In this document: in pieces, positions 7,158-16,575 of the stretch
Layout: each line of letters opens with the position of its first letter
Numbering within the stretch: the stretch's first letter is position 1
DNA from: a virus
Taxonomy: Duplodnaviria > Caudoviricetes
DNA length: 54,196 bases
IMG/VR virus record: IMGVR_UViG_3300025751_000023
Coordinates: 1-54,196 of that record
Strand: one strand, 5' to 3'
Notes under the pieces: model-generated
What the model saw: the letters and a program-made list of their open reading frames with translations, nothing else
The model's database searches: none
Told to the model about the DNA's origin: nothing
Position numbers and translations under genes: made by a program

Positions 7158-9690
7158 CGTTTTTGTGTGTTTGTGACGAAATATTGTACGATATACCTGT
7201 TTTCTTTCTGAGCCGTTCTGCTTCTGCATTGAGTAATTCTCGTCGTTCAATTTCAGTTAGCTTAGTGGTCATGCGTATTTCGTAACCCGTTCCGTGCACG
7301 TTTTTGCGTCTGATGTCTTTGGTTTCAATACCAGCGTTACGCATCTTTTTGCCAAACACACCTGCTTTATCAATGAACCCAACCATGGTGTTATACAGCG
7401 CCATTGTGTGCGAATTTAAAACGAGTGATGGTTGATCTCCATCTACTGCCCTAATCCAATCTATAATGGCTGTCTTAGCGCTCGATACGTATTCATTTTT
7501 GTAGTCGTCTTCAAGTAGCACATCGAGGAAGAAATCAAGATTGCCTACTCTTATGTTGTAGAAGAATTCCTCTTCAACACTTTGTGCTGCCAGGAACGAT
7601 TGTAAGTTTGCGTCGGTTAAATTGATGTTTATCAATTCACGAGTGTCGACGATGAATTTAGACAAGAACGTAACCAGGCGCGGTAATTCTGTATTACAAA
7701 GTTGAGTCTGTTCTTCTTGTGATTTGAATACGAACTCTGGCATTTGTTCTTTCATTGGCCGAGTTTGATATGGGCAAATACGAAAACGTCTGTTGGATTC
7801 TTCGAGCGGGATAGCACCTCGTTGGTTAGTAAAGATCAGTACGTTAGTGTAGTTAGGCATTGCTTCAACAACACGTTGCATCCGGCGCACGGGTTGTGTT
7901 TCTTCGGTGATGATGCCTTTTAAATTTTCTAAGACTGTTTTGTCTTTTGATCTACTTAGACTGAATTCATCAATGTTTAAGATAATGTTTTCATCAAGAA
8001 AAGCATTGAACCTGTCGCGCATATCATTAATGCGAACTTGTTTAGCATACTTACCAAAGATAGGTTGCAGAATGTGTTTGAAAAGCTGGCCTTTACCTGT
8101 GCCCTGTATGCCTTGAAACACCATAGCAACCCTGGTTTTTGTTCTGTTTTGAACAATGCACGCAAGCCAGTTGATTACATGTTCAAACTCATTCCGCCCT
8201 TCTGTGTTTTTGTTTTTAAGATCTTGCCCGCAAGCACAAGCAATGATGTTGTGTAGTGTTGGGCAAATTTCTTTTAGGTAAGCGCCTTGTCCGAATGTTG
8301 CGTTGATGTATTTGTTGGGCAAATCAACCATGTTCCGCAGCATTTTTGGTTCGTTAAAAGTATTAAGTAACTTTTTATCTCTATCGATAGCGCGAGAAGT
8401 TGGTCTTGGGTCGAATGTCATTTCCCATAGCGGGAGTACTTCAGGCATTTGCAAACCATAGTTTGCTAGAAAATTTTTGATTGGTCCTACATTGTTCCGG
8501 CAGTCAACCGGAGCTAGTGCAATCGTATCTTCCACATCATTTATAAGCGTATAGCACCAATGACCAGTCTCAATATCTTGATAGACAAGAGGAGCTTCAC
8601 CAGAATCTGATTGATAGGTGTCAACGCTACAAAATTTATGAACATGTTCTGCGTAAGCAGAAGGATCAGCTTTTTCAAAGTCAAACGGCGTTTCTCCTTT
8701 GAAGTTGAACATGATTTTAGGATCGTTACGTGGGCACCAGTAAGCGCCACTGTCGCCTGATCGTCCGGGGCCAAGTACGTTATAGCCTACAAAGTCGCCA
8801 CGTTCTTCATTCATTACGATGGTGACGCGGTCAGGGTTAGCGATGTATGTAACCTCGCCTTCGTAACTAGTTGTTGTTTTTTCTTTCCACTGTTTTGCTT
8901 GTAACCCAGCTTCTTTGCGCAGCGTTTTAAGTACAGCAGCTAGTTCTCTTTGTGCGACGTTAGCTTTTGATGCGTAGATAAAATCGTCAGTATTTAAAAT
9001 GTCGTTTTTATTCTGCACTAAGCAAAAGCGATCATCGTCGTTACCAAATGGGTTAGAGGGATTACCTATAAATCTAGGCGGTGCAACATAGATCAAACGA
9101 CCATTGTCATTAACCACTATGTCAAGCGGATATTTGAGTGAAAACCCGCTTGAGCTAAGTGCTAACCGTTCCTTTAAGTAAGGGACAGTTGCGTTTAGCC
9201 CTTCGAGGCAAGCTTTTATGATCTTTGGTGGCAGCGCTTTATCGAGCATGTACATCATGTGTAGCGACACTGTCGACTTGTGCAAGCCAAAACTCGAACT
9301 GGCATGAGCTACGAACGATGTGTTTTGTAAGCATTCAGGAAGATAAGTTGCAATGCGAGTTGCTGCTTTTTCTACGTCGATTGCCGAGCATTGAGTGCCG
9401 ATTTGGTAAGGCAGCTCTAACCCGTCGATATCGAGGATTAAAAACTTGGTATGGCCCTGCCTGTCGTGCGCGCCTTTTCTCGATTCGTTTACAAGAGGCC
9501 TGGTTAGCCGTCCTGTGTGTATTGCACATCCATACCTTGCGTGCGTTTGTAGTTCATTGAGTAAATCCTGAGTTGAAGCAATTGTTGCTGTGTTGCTCGT
9601 AAACTCACTTCCCTTTGGATAGCTTTGTACCCGCCCATCATTGAAAATCTTTGATAGCGGCATACTTGACCGTAGAAAGGTAAGTTCCAT
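7150..9690 (-). CDS. Primase-helicase (AEP-like N-terminus, DUF5906/SF3 NTPase C-terminus)
   Basis: LDIDG and SLH AEP-type motifs; Walker A GIQGTGKG, Walker B NIDE, IFTN, and RRF arginine finger; GGAGG RBS. Confidence 0.85.
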   Translation of the reverse strand: MELTFLRSSMPLSKIFNDGRVQSYPKGSEFTSNTATIASTQDLLNELQTHARYGCAIHTGRLTRPLVNESRKGAHDRQGHTKFLILDIDGLELPYQIGTQCSAIDVEKAATRIATYLPECLQNTSFVAHASSSFGLHKSTVSLHMMYMLDKALPPKIIKACLEGLNATVPYLKERLALSSSGFSLKYPLDIVVNDNGRLIYVAPPRFIGNPSNPFGNDDDRFCLVQNKNDILNTDDFIYASKANVAQRELAAVLKTLRKEAGLQAKQWKEKTTTSYEGEVTYIANPDRVTIVMNEERGDFVGYNVLGPGRSGDSGAYWCPRNDPKIMFNFKGETPFDFEKADPSAYAEHVHKFCSVDTYQSDSGEAPLVYQDIETGHWCYTLINDVEDTIALAPVDCRNNVGPIKNFLANYGLQMPEVLPLWEMTFDPRPTSRAIDRDKKLLNTFNEPKMLRNMVDLPNKYINATFGQGAYLKEICPTLHNIIACACGQDLKNKNTEGRNEFEHVINWLACIVQNRTKTRVAMVFQGIQGTGKGQLFKHILQPIFGKYAKQVRINDMRDRFNAFLDENIILNIDEFSLSRSKDKTVLENLKGIITEETQPVRRMQRVVEAMPNYTNVLIFTNQRGAIPLEESNRRFRICPYQTRPMKEQMPEFVFKSQEEQTQLCNTELPRLVTFLSKFIVDTRELININLTDANLQSFLAAQSVEEEFFYNIRVGNLDFFLDVLLEDDYKNEYVSSAKTAIIDWIRAVDGDQPSLVLNSHTMALYNTMVGFIDKAGVFGKKMRNAGIETKDIRRKNVHGTGYEIRMTTKLTEIERRELLNAEAERLRKKTGISYNISSQTHKNVD

Positions 9691-9699
9691 ATATCCTCC

Positions 9700-9888
9700 C
9701 TATCGAGTAGACCGTTCGCCCCGCTGAATGGTCACGCTCTTATCTGCTTTCATTATGAGATTTGCGATTAGCCCTTTGTCTGTTTCTTTTATGCTGTCGA
9801 CAATGACGACGACTTTTTCCTGCCCTTTACCGATAATGACGCTTGAACCAACTGGTCGGGCTAAATGTAATGACCCCTTACGTGCCAT
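9700..9888 (-). CDS. csrA: CsrA/RsmA-like translational regulator
   Basis: LHLARPVGSSVIIG...VVVIV...ADKSVTIQRGE parallels CsrA MLILTRRVGETLMIG...VTVTV...APKEVSVHREE; GAGGT RBS. Confidence 0.7.
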   Translation of the reverse strand: MARKGSLHLARPVGSSVIIGKGQEKVVVIVDSIKETDKGLIANLIMKADKSVTIQRGERSTR

Positions 9889-9895
9889 GGATACC

Positions 9896-11749
9896 TCACG
9901 GTTTGGTGTAGTAATCACTGATTTCAGCCTCCGTATCTAGTACAAGCGTGTCGTCTGCCCATGCAGGTGTTCGGCACATGATGTTTGATACAACTTCTTT
10001 ACATTGCTCTGCCTGGTCTTCGCGTGTGTGTACAACGATTTCGTCATGTACTTGAAGAACAATGCTTGCATCGTTGTTCTTGCACCATTCGGTTTGGACA
10101 TCAAGCATGATGTCTCGAAGAACGCAACGTGCTGCACGTTGAACAATGTTTTCAGTGAGTTTTCCACCATAGATGTTAACGATGTGTTTGCCATTGTGAT
10201 AATGGCTAACGTCCCTGTCTGTTCTGTGGTCGTGATACGCTTTTAACGAGGGGTAGCGCATGTACATACCATCAGGCATTAGCAAGCCACCTGTTTTGAC
10301 TGACAAGCCACGCTCTGGGATGTCTGAGTCTGGAAGTAGCATTTGCTTGATGAAAAGTTCACATCTGCCCCAATACCTAGGGATATTTGGGTACAAGCTA
10401 CGGAAGGTGTTGACGTAATGTTTTGCTTCGTTAAGTGATACATCAACTCTTTTACCCGAGGCTCCAGTTGCGAATGTTTTATGAAGTTTGGCTGCACCCA
10501 TACCGTAGCCAAGGCCCAGTACGCAGGTTTTGCCAATAAAACGTTCAGTTGGGTTCCGTTCTTTAGTCAACCCTGGACCAAAAATTTGTCCAGCAAAATC
10601 TAAGTACGGATCGCCTCCAGTGGAATAAAGATACAGAAGTCTTGTTTCTTCAGCGAACCATGCAAGCAGTCGTGCTTCAATGTTGCTGCTGTCAGCGATG
10701 ACAAGTTTGTATCCTGGCTGCGCTTTTAACGCATTCCGGAGCGGTGATCCCCGTCCTAAGTTTTGTAGGTTGACTTTGTTGGTGCCAGACCAGCGAAGGG
10801 TGTGGGCACCAGCGTAGTTCAACGGAACTCCAATCAAACTTTGCGGATTACTTGAGTTGACCAGAAATGTTTCAGCGCGGGTTTCTTCTTGCCTACTTGC
10901 AACTGCGAGGCGTGCGTCCCAAACGTGTTTGTATTCTGGATAGCGCTCTTGTAATTGAATGAATTCTAGGTCGTTCTTGCTCAACGGCCACTTCATGTTG
11001 TGGGGGTTTTTGAGCGTCGGTGACGGTATTTGTTCGAATTCGAGACCTTGGGATAGTACCCATTCTGAGAACTTTTTACTAGAACTTAGTACCGACTTTT
11101 CAAGACCTGACTCCCGAATGTATGTATCCGCACGTGTTTTTATGTCACATAAGTACTGTTTGACAAGGGGTTGATCGACAGTCATTACGCGATGCGTATA
11201 CATCTGGAGCGTTAGATTCATGACAGCAAGTTCTTTGGGAGGGAAGAAACTGTACAAGTATCTAAATATTTCGAAGGTAACATCGACATCTTGCTTTGCG
11301 TAAGTGCCGAGTGTCGAGATTTCTTCGGGAGTCAGGTCAACCTTTCCTTTGGTGTCCATTAACCCTTCTCCTTTGCGGAGAGTGCCGTCAGGGAAACATT
11401 GTTGCGCTAAACCATCAAGCGAGTTTTTACCGAAAGGAAATATTGCACGGCCCATTGCTTGCGTGCAAAAGGCTGTATTTGGTTTTATTCCAAAATGAAA
11501 TGAAAGAATTGCGCCATCAAACAAATAGTTATGTGCAACTACTATGTCCTCTGGCCCGATTGTTTTTTGTAGCACTTCCTTAATGTTGTTAGTGACAATT
11601 TCAGTTGGGTTATTGTTCACTTTGATAGCGACCATTTGAACTTTGAAACGCTTGTCTTGGATGTAGCGTTCGTAAGTCATATTTTGCTTGCGCAGACTGT
11701 AGTCTTTATCAAAGTATGTTTCGAAGTCGAGAGTTATGAGATTAGACAT
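9896..11749 (-). CDS. polA: Family A DNA polymerase with 3'-5' exonuclease (L762 type)
   Basis: Exonuclease motifs LDFET, AHNYLFD, YAKQD; motif A DSSNIEAR; motif B RFIGKTCVLGLGYG; motif C VHDE. Confidence 0.95.
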   Translation of the reverse strand: MSNLITLDFETYFDKDYSLRKQNMTYERYIQDKRFKVQMVAIKVNNNPTEIVTNNIKEVLQKTIGPEDIVVAHNYLFDGAILSFHFGIKPNTAFCTQAMGRAIFPFGKNSLDGLAQQCFPDGTLRKGEGLMDTKGKVDLTPEEISTLGTYAKQDVDVTFEIFRYLYSFFPPKELAVMNLTLQMYTHRVMTVDQPLVKQYLCDIKTRADTYIRESGLEKSVLSSSKKFSEWVLSQGLEFEQIPSPTLKNPHNMKWPLSKNDLEFIQLQERYPEYKHVWDARLAVASRQEETRAETFLVNSSNPQSLIGVPLNYAGAHTLRWSGTNKVNLQNLGRGSPLRNALKAQPGYKLVIADSSNIEARLLAWFAEETRLLYLYSTGGDPYLDFAGQIFGPGLTKERNPTERFIGKTCVLGLGYGMGAAKLHKTFATGASGKRVDVSLNEAKHYVNTFRSLYPNIPRYWGRCELFIKQMLLPDSDIPERGLSVKTGGLLMPDGMYMRYPSLKAYHDHRTDRDVSHYHNGKHIVNIYGGKLTENIVQRAARCVLRDIMLDVQTEWCKNNDASIVLQVHDEIVVHTREDQAEQCKEVVSNIMCRTPAWADDTLVLDTEAEISDYYTKP

Positions 11750-11874
11750 GAGGGCGTAATGTTTTTTCGACCCACACAGCTGCTTTGTAAATTCCCAAAA
11801 TGGTGTATTTACCTATAATTTCTAACAGCGCGCCTATATAGGTTAAGGACTTATCTATATAATTTTTAGCTATA

Positions 11875-13005
11875 TTAATGCGATTCATTTTCAACTACCT
11901 TGATTGTTTTACCGAATGGCGCGATAAGATTTGACGTGCTTAACCAGATGGTAGGTGTGGCTATAGAGTCAAAATCTAATGGCCCGTGAAGGTCAGATAG
12001 ATAAATAATGCAAGCGCAATTTTTGATTGATTTACCTATATAGGTAAATGCTGGTTCAAAAGCAGTCCCTCCCCCACCGGGCATTGATGGCGGTGTTTTA
12101 GGGATGTCTGAAAAAGTGAATTGATGATGGTGTTTTTCATAAACCTCATAGTCGCAGGGTATCAAATGGACGGTTTCAGGCCGTATTTTTGTAACAATAT
12201 CTCGTAAACAAGCCCACGCAGTGCTGAGCATTTTGTTAGAGATAGAGCCTGATGTGTCCACGACAAATGCAATGGGTGGCATTTTTGGTTCGGGTTGGTA
12301 ACTAGGCAGGTAGAGTCCACCAGCAATGTATCGTTTGTTTGGACGCTGCCAAGAATAATTTTCACCACGAGCTAAAACCATGTACTTAAGAAGTTCACTA
12401 CGCCAGTCAATACGTGGGGCAAGCATTTCTTCAACCCAGCGATCTTGAGCGGCACTTAGTTTGCCTGCGAGCTTTGCAACTGTCCGTGCTTGAGCCAGGA
12501 TTTGTTTAGCTTCGATTTCCGATAGCTGATTATCGTCAGCAGGTAATTGCACATCACCTTGCATACTGTTGTCACCAGGCGGTGGTTTAGATGTATCAAA
12601 ATCGTTGTAGATATCAACCCAGTGCCAATCATCATATTTGTGATCGAGCATACCTCCTTCAATGAACACATACGGATCGCCTTGTCGAACTAGCAAACTG
12701 TTTATTGCAAGGTCCATGGCAACGTTAGCCCACATAGGATCTTTGCTTTTATGCTTTTGCATATCTTGTGAATGCTGTAAGCCAAAGTGCATAGCCTCGT
12801 GAGCTACGAAGAACTTGCGTTTACCTTCCGACAACGACATGAAGAAATCGGGGTTGTAGAACAAATTAGTACCGTCACAAGCGCCCGTTTCGTAGTCGTG
12901 TGATTGTTTACGGTTAAGCTGTAACGCCAAATAAGCCACGAAGGGATCTGTGAGATACAGGGTTCGCAGCGTTCGGTTCATTGCTTTTTCTGCTAATTGG
13001 TTCAA
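11875..13005 (-). CDS. DUF2201-type metallopeptidase-like + VWA domain protein
   Basis: GACDG...HEAMH (HExxH), MIDAS DTSGS, GGGGTAF, LSD; TTG start after GGAGG. Confidence 0.88.
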   Translation of the reverse strand: MNQLAEKAMNRTLRTLYLTDPFVAYLALQLNRKQSHDYETGACDGTNLFYNPDFFMSLSEGKRKFFVAHEAMHFGLQHSQDMQKHKSKDPMWANVAMDLAINSLLVRQGDPYVFIEGGMLDHKYDDWHWVDIYNDFDTSKPPPGDNSMQGDVQLPADDNQLSEIEAKQILAQARTVAKLAGKLSAAQDRWVEEMLAPRIDWRSELLKYMVLARGENYSWQRPNKRYIAGGLYLPSYQPEPKMPPIAFVVDTSGSISNKMLSTAWACLRDIVTKIRPETVHLIPCDYEVYEKHHHQFTFSDIPKTPPSMPGGGGTAFEPAFTYIGKSIKNCACIIYLSDLHGPLDFDSIATPTIWLSTSNLIAPFGKTIKVVENESH

Positions 13006-13831
13006 TTTTCTCCTCCATTTCTTGTTGGATGTACTTGATGCAATCTTCGAGAATGGGTCCTGCGTTTTTGCAGTTGTCCTTATTCACTACAGCGAGTGAA
13101 TTCATTACGTAATGCGCAGAACGTTTAACGCGCTGGCAGTCAGTAATGTTTTTCTTAACCGTGTTTTCGGCAAAACTTATAAGGTTAAGGAAACCTGTGA
13201 AGTGAACACGTTTAAAATGGTCTACTTTGTAGAGTACGTTTGCGCATTCTGTTTGCAGGTCTCGCATTTGGTATTGCCTGATGCGGTGAGTCTGGTTGTT
13301 GAGTTGATCTTGGTAGTTGCTGATTAGCTCTGACTGATCGCTGATGGCTATACAGCGAAAGTCAGTGTTAGGAACTGGCGAGATAACCTCTGTAAAACTA
13401 AATTTGTTCCGTAACGATTGCCGAGACGGGATCGCATTGAGGTCAAACATAGTTTTGAGGAACACTTGACTGTCACGCATCATGTTGTCGTAGTTGTTGA
13501 TGAGATCATCTACTGCTGCGTCAAAGTCAGATTTGTGATTGCCAAGTTCCGACATGTATTGCATGTAGCTTGTTGCTGGAAGTAAACGAGAACCGTCGTC
13601 AAGCCATGCAACAGTCATGTCTGCGTGCCAGTTACGAATACGCTGCACAAGATTGGTGACGGGCTTGATGTAATCGGGATCGATTACGTATTTGTTAACA
13701 CGGGCTGCACGCTTTTTAATGTCAATGCCATGACGATCATTGAGCGCATCAGTTTCTCCACGGTCAAATTTGCGACCATCCCATTTGTGGATAGTCAGAT
13801 TGACCAATAACGAAGTGTCGAGTAACGACAT
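12914..13831 (-). CDS. DUF3150-like protein
   Basis: LVNLTIHKWDGRK...TVAWLDDGSRLLP...IPS...RNKFSF pattern; lies within the MoxR/VWA cluster. Confidence 0.6.
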   Translation of the reverse strand: MSLLDTSLLVNLTIHKWDGRKFDRGETDALNDRHGIDIKKRAARVNKYVIDPDYIKPVTNLVQRIRNWHADMTVAWLDDGSRLLPATSYMQYMSELGNHKSDFDAAVDDLINNYDNMMRDSQVFLKTMFDLNAIPSRQSLRNKFSFTEVISPVPNTDFRCIAISDQSELISNYQDQLNNQTHRIRQYQMRDLQTECANVLYKVDHFKRVHFTGFLNLISFAENTVKKNITDCQRVKRSAHYVMNSLAVVNKDNCKNAGPILEDCIKYIQQEMEEKIEPISRKSNEPNAANPVSHRSLRGLFGVTA

Positions 13832-13834
13832 AGA

Positions 13835-14515
13835 CTAGTTACCTCCTATGATGACTTTCATCATTTCTTGGTTGAGTTCAGAGTTGATTTCGGGTTCTAC
13901 TGAACGAGGCTTGCGTTCGACTTTGCGGTCTAACGCTTCGAGTGCCCACTGCGGCATGAACTGCCTGACTAGCGGGTAACGTTTGACGAGCTGATTAGCT
14001 GTTGTTACTTGTTTTATTTCCCGATTAATCGCGCCCCATAGCTGCAATCTTTGGTTTTCATTGGCTTTGTACTTTTTGGTTTCACTTACAAAATCGCCAA
14101 AACCAGGGAATTGTTTACAAGGATCAACGCCCCATGACAGAAGCTCAGCGAGTGTGAGTCGCACATCACGTGAGTAGTTACTTACGCCAGTTTTTTTGAC
14201 TACATAAGGACTCATGAATTCGCTATAAGCGTATGTACACGTCTCGTCTTCTACTATTTGCAGGTGGACACGAACTCTGTTTCCTTCAAGGTAATCGCGT
14301 TGGTCTACACTCATTTCTTTGCAAAGTTGCACGAGCTTTTCGCCGACTGGGCATTTGTGCAGATTTGCAACGGGTTCTTGCGTCAAGATCCAGTCAAACA
14401 GGCTTTTTGTTATCACTTGATCTCTTTGCTTGATGTGCTCGTGTTGTTTTCTAGGGTTCATAACAGCTTGAGCAATTTCAGTTGTCAGTTTGTCTGACAT
14501 TCTTACTTGAGCCAT
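13835..14515 (-). CDS. Hypothetical protein, possibly Nmad5-like
   Basis: N-terminal VRMSDKL and C-terminal TTANQLVKRYP resemble that family; GGAGG RBS. Confidence 0.5.
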   Translation of the reverse strand: MAQVRMSDKLTTEIAQAVMNPRKQHEHIKQRDQVITKSLFDWILTQEPVANLHKCPVGEKLVQLCKEMSVDQRDYLEGNRVRVHLQIVEDETCTYAYSEFMSPYVVKKTGVSNYSRDVRLTLAELLSWGVDPCKQFPGFGDFVSETKKYKANENQRLQLWGAINREIKQVTTANQLVKRYPLVRQFMPQWALEALDRKVERKPRSVEPEINSELNQEMMKVIIGGN

Positions 14516-14523
14516 AGGGCCTC

Positions 14524-15549
14524 CTACTCTGTGAATAACGCTTGGTTTTTGGGATCAGCACACCATTTGGTAAATATGGGCGATGCCATAAGCATTTCAT
14601 TGGCGAGCGTCACGTCGCGCATATATGCAATGTGCAAGTTGTCGTCCATGCGCTGTGTGTAGTCGATAAATGCTTGGAAATTTACTGGTGTGGTGTTTTG
14701 TGCCAGTGCACCGATTAGTGCGAAACGACTGCCGATGTCACTTGGCACAGGTGCTTTGCTTGGCATAGTTTCAATAAGCGTCATGTCAGGCAGCTGATCT
14801 ATTAGCTTCATGAAACCTACAAAGTCGGCAGCGACTGCCTCACCGATAATGCCGCTAAGAACAATGAACATTGTTTCAGGGTTGAGATTGCCAATTTTTA
14901 GTCGGTCACTTGCCATTTCCCAACTGCGCGGGGTTGCATAGGCTGTGTTTTCGGGATCGAACTTGAACATGTTTTCGGGTTTGAACCGTAAATACGCGAT
15001 GATCATTTCGTTCCAGGCATGTGTTTGCGCGTACTTGATAAGATCGCCGTGGTCAGGTTCGAGCCAGAAGTGTGCAAAACGATTTTTGAGTGGAGCTGGC
15101 ATATCGTAGGTTGCAGCTTGATCACTAAGGCTGTTACCTAATGCGATGATTGCCCAGCCATTTGGCAACTTGTAATTGCCAACTGCCCTGTCACGAACAA
15201 GCTGATAACCCGTGGCCTGTACCGATTGTGGAGCGGTTGTTAATTCTTCGAGCATCAGTACACCGTAAGAGCCGTGTATCGCAGGTACAGGAAGAAAGTC
15301 AGGTACGGACCAGACTGTGCGTTTCAAACCGCATTCATCTGATTCAATACTTGGTATACCGCGCATGTCGACCGGGTCGAGCAGATTCATGCGAAGGTCG
15401 ATGTGGTTGCGACCTAGTTCCTTAGCAACCGATTGAACGATTTCTGATTTACCAACACCGGGTGGCCCCCATACCATGCTGGGTATTCCGTGTTGAACGT
15501 TAATTTCTAGCTGCGCGCTGAGCTGTGATGGTGTAACAGTTTGAGCCAT
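14524..15549 (-). CDS. MoxR-like AAA+ ATPase
   Basis: Walker A GPPGVGKS, DMRGIP, Walker B LMLEE, ALGN, LKNRF, TPRSW. Confidence 0.92.
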   Translation of the reverse strand: MAQTVTPSQLSAQLEINVQHGIPSMVWGPPGVGKSEIVQSVAKELGRNHIDLRMNLLDPVDMRGIPSIESDECGLKRTVWSVPDFLPVPAIHGSYGVLMLEELTTAPQSVQATGYQLVRDRAVGNYKLPNGWAIIALGNSLSDQAATYDMPAPLKNRFAHFWLEPDHGDLIKYAQTHAWNEMIIAYLRFKPENMFKFDPENTAYATPRSWEMASDRLKIGNLNPETMFIVLSGIIGEAVAADFVGFMKLIDQLPDMTLIETMPSKAPVPSDIGSRFALIGALAQNTTPVNFQAFIDYTQRMDDNLHIAYMRDVTLANEMLMASPIFTKWCADPKNQALFTE

Positions 15550-15576
15550 GTGGCCTCCTTTCTTGATAGGTGTTAC

Positions 15577-15798
15577 CTATTTTTTTAGTGACAGTAACTC
15601 TGCGTTTATTTCCTCCAATATCATTTTTCTGACTTTTGCACGGTCAGTAGGGTTAAGTTTGTCGATGATTCGAATGTCGCTGGGTCTGAATTTAATTGTC
15701 GAGTAATACGCTTTTTCCGGCGGATCGCAGCGGAATGTATACGCAATCTCACCAAATTCTTCTGTTGTGATGTACATCTGCCCGAGTCTGCTACTCAT
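15577..15798 (-). CDS. Hypothetical protein
   Basis: GGAG RBS; fits the operon packing. Confidence 0.6.
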   Translation of the reverse strand: MSSRLGQMYITTEEFGEIAYTFRCDPPEKAYYSTIKFRPSDIRIIDKLNPTDRAKVRKMILEEINAELLSLKK

Positions 15799-15806
15799 AG
15801 CGTCTC

Positions 15807-16034
15807 CTATATTAAGTCGGGATCATCGTCTTTAATGTTCATCATCTTTTTTATGATGTGGCTGACTTCATCCTCCATCATAAAAAGGAATCCATCTGGC
15901 ACGTCAGTTACTTCACCAACATTGATAACAATTGTTGCTGTGCCATCTTGGTTACACTGCACTTCAGCATGGTTGTAAGTGCGAAGCGCACGTAAACAAA
16001 TTTCTAGAAGTTGTATGGCTTGCTCTTCAGGCAT
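15807..16034 (-). CDS. Hypothetical protein
   Basis: GGAG RBS; fits the operon packing. Confidence 0.6.
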   Translation of the reverse strand: MPEEQAIQLLEICLRALRTYNHAEVQCNQDGTATIVINVGEVTDVPDGFLFMMEDEVSHIIKKMMNIKDDDPDLI

Positions 16035-16046
16035 TAACCCGTGCTC

Positions 16047-16496
16047 CTACGCTGCGAACATTTTGTAGGTGTCGAGTGTTGGATTGTCTTCATAGCGCCC
16101 GTTGTTTACATCGCAACATCGAGAGAGAGAAAACAAATCCCACATTTCGTCTGTTAAGCACCCTGTTTCATCATCCGCATCCATTCTGTCTTTCAGATCT
16201 TCAAAGTCTTCACCGAACTCAATTTCGCGGTACGCATATTCAATATCTGCTTTAATAGCGGCATCTCGGATTTCTTTAATAGCTTGCACATCTTCATAGC
16301 TGTCGTACCATTTGACGTAATCAGCTTCGTACAAAAACAATACACGTCCAGTTGTAGGGTCGCCTTCGATTTGCCAAAGCTCTAGGATTTTGTTTTCTTT
16401 AACCTTTGGCATTGCGCTATATACTTTGAGCAGCTCCATAGCGTCTTCTTCATTTTGGACAAGCAACCCAACCCACACATCGCTTCTATAACCCAT
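16047..16496 (-). CDS. Conserved phage hypothetical protein (MGYRSDV...)
   Basis: AAGGA RBS before the ATG at 16496; VKWYDSY...FGED motif. Confidence 0.7.
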   Translation of the reverse strand: MGYRSDVWVGLLVQNEEDAMELLKVYSAMPKVKENKILELWQIEGDPTTGRVLFLYEADYVKWYDSYEDVQAIKEIRDAAIKADIEYAYREIEFGEDFEDLKDRMDADDETGCLTDEMWDLFSLSRCCDVNNGRYEDNPTLDTYKMFAA

Positions 16497-16518
16497 AACC
16501 CGTAATTCCTTTGGTTGT

Positions 16519-16573
16519 AAAAAAAGCGAGGCCAGGGGGGACTGACATCCCCCGGCCCCTGGAAAGAGACGCT
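16519..16573 (-). terminator. Intrinsic terminator (early arm)
   Basis: GC-rich stem GGCC-GGGGGA-loop-TCCCCC-CT-GGCC followed by TCGC and a T7 run on the minus strand. Confidence 0.65.
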
Positions 16574-16575
16574 GT

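Noticed and set aside
14514-15810. ATAGGGCCTCCTAC (14514) and ATAGCGTCTCCTAT (about 15797) as operator copies
   Set aside because: They have 4-nt spacing and mismatches, and are explained by start codon, SD and stop codon on the minus strand.
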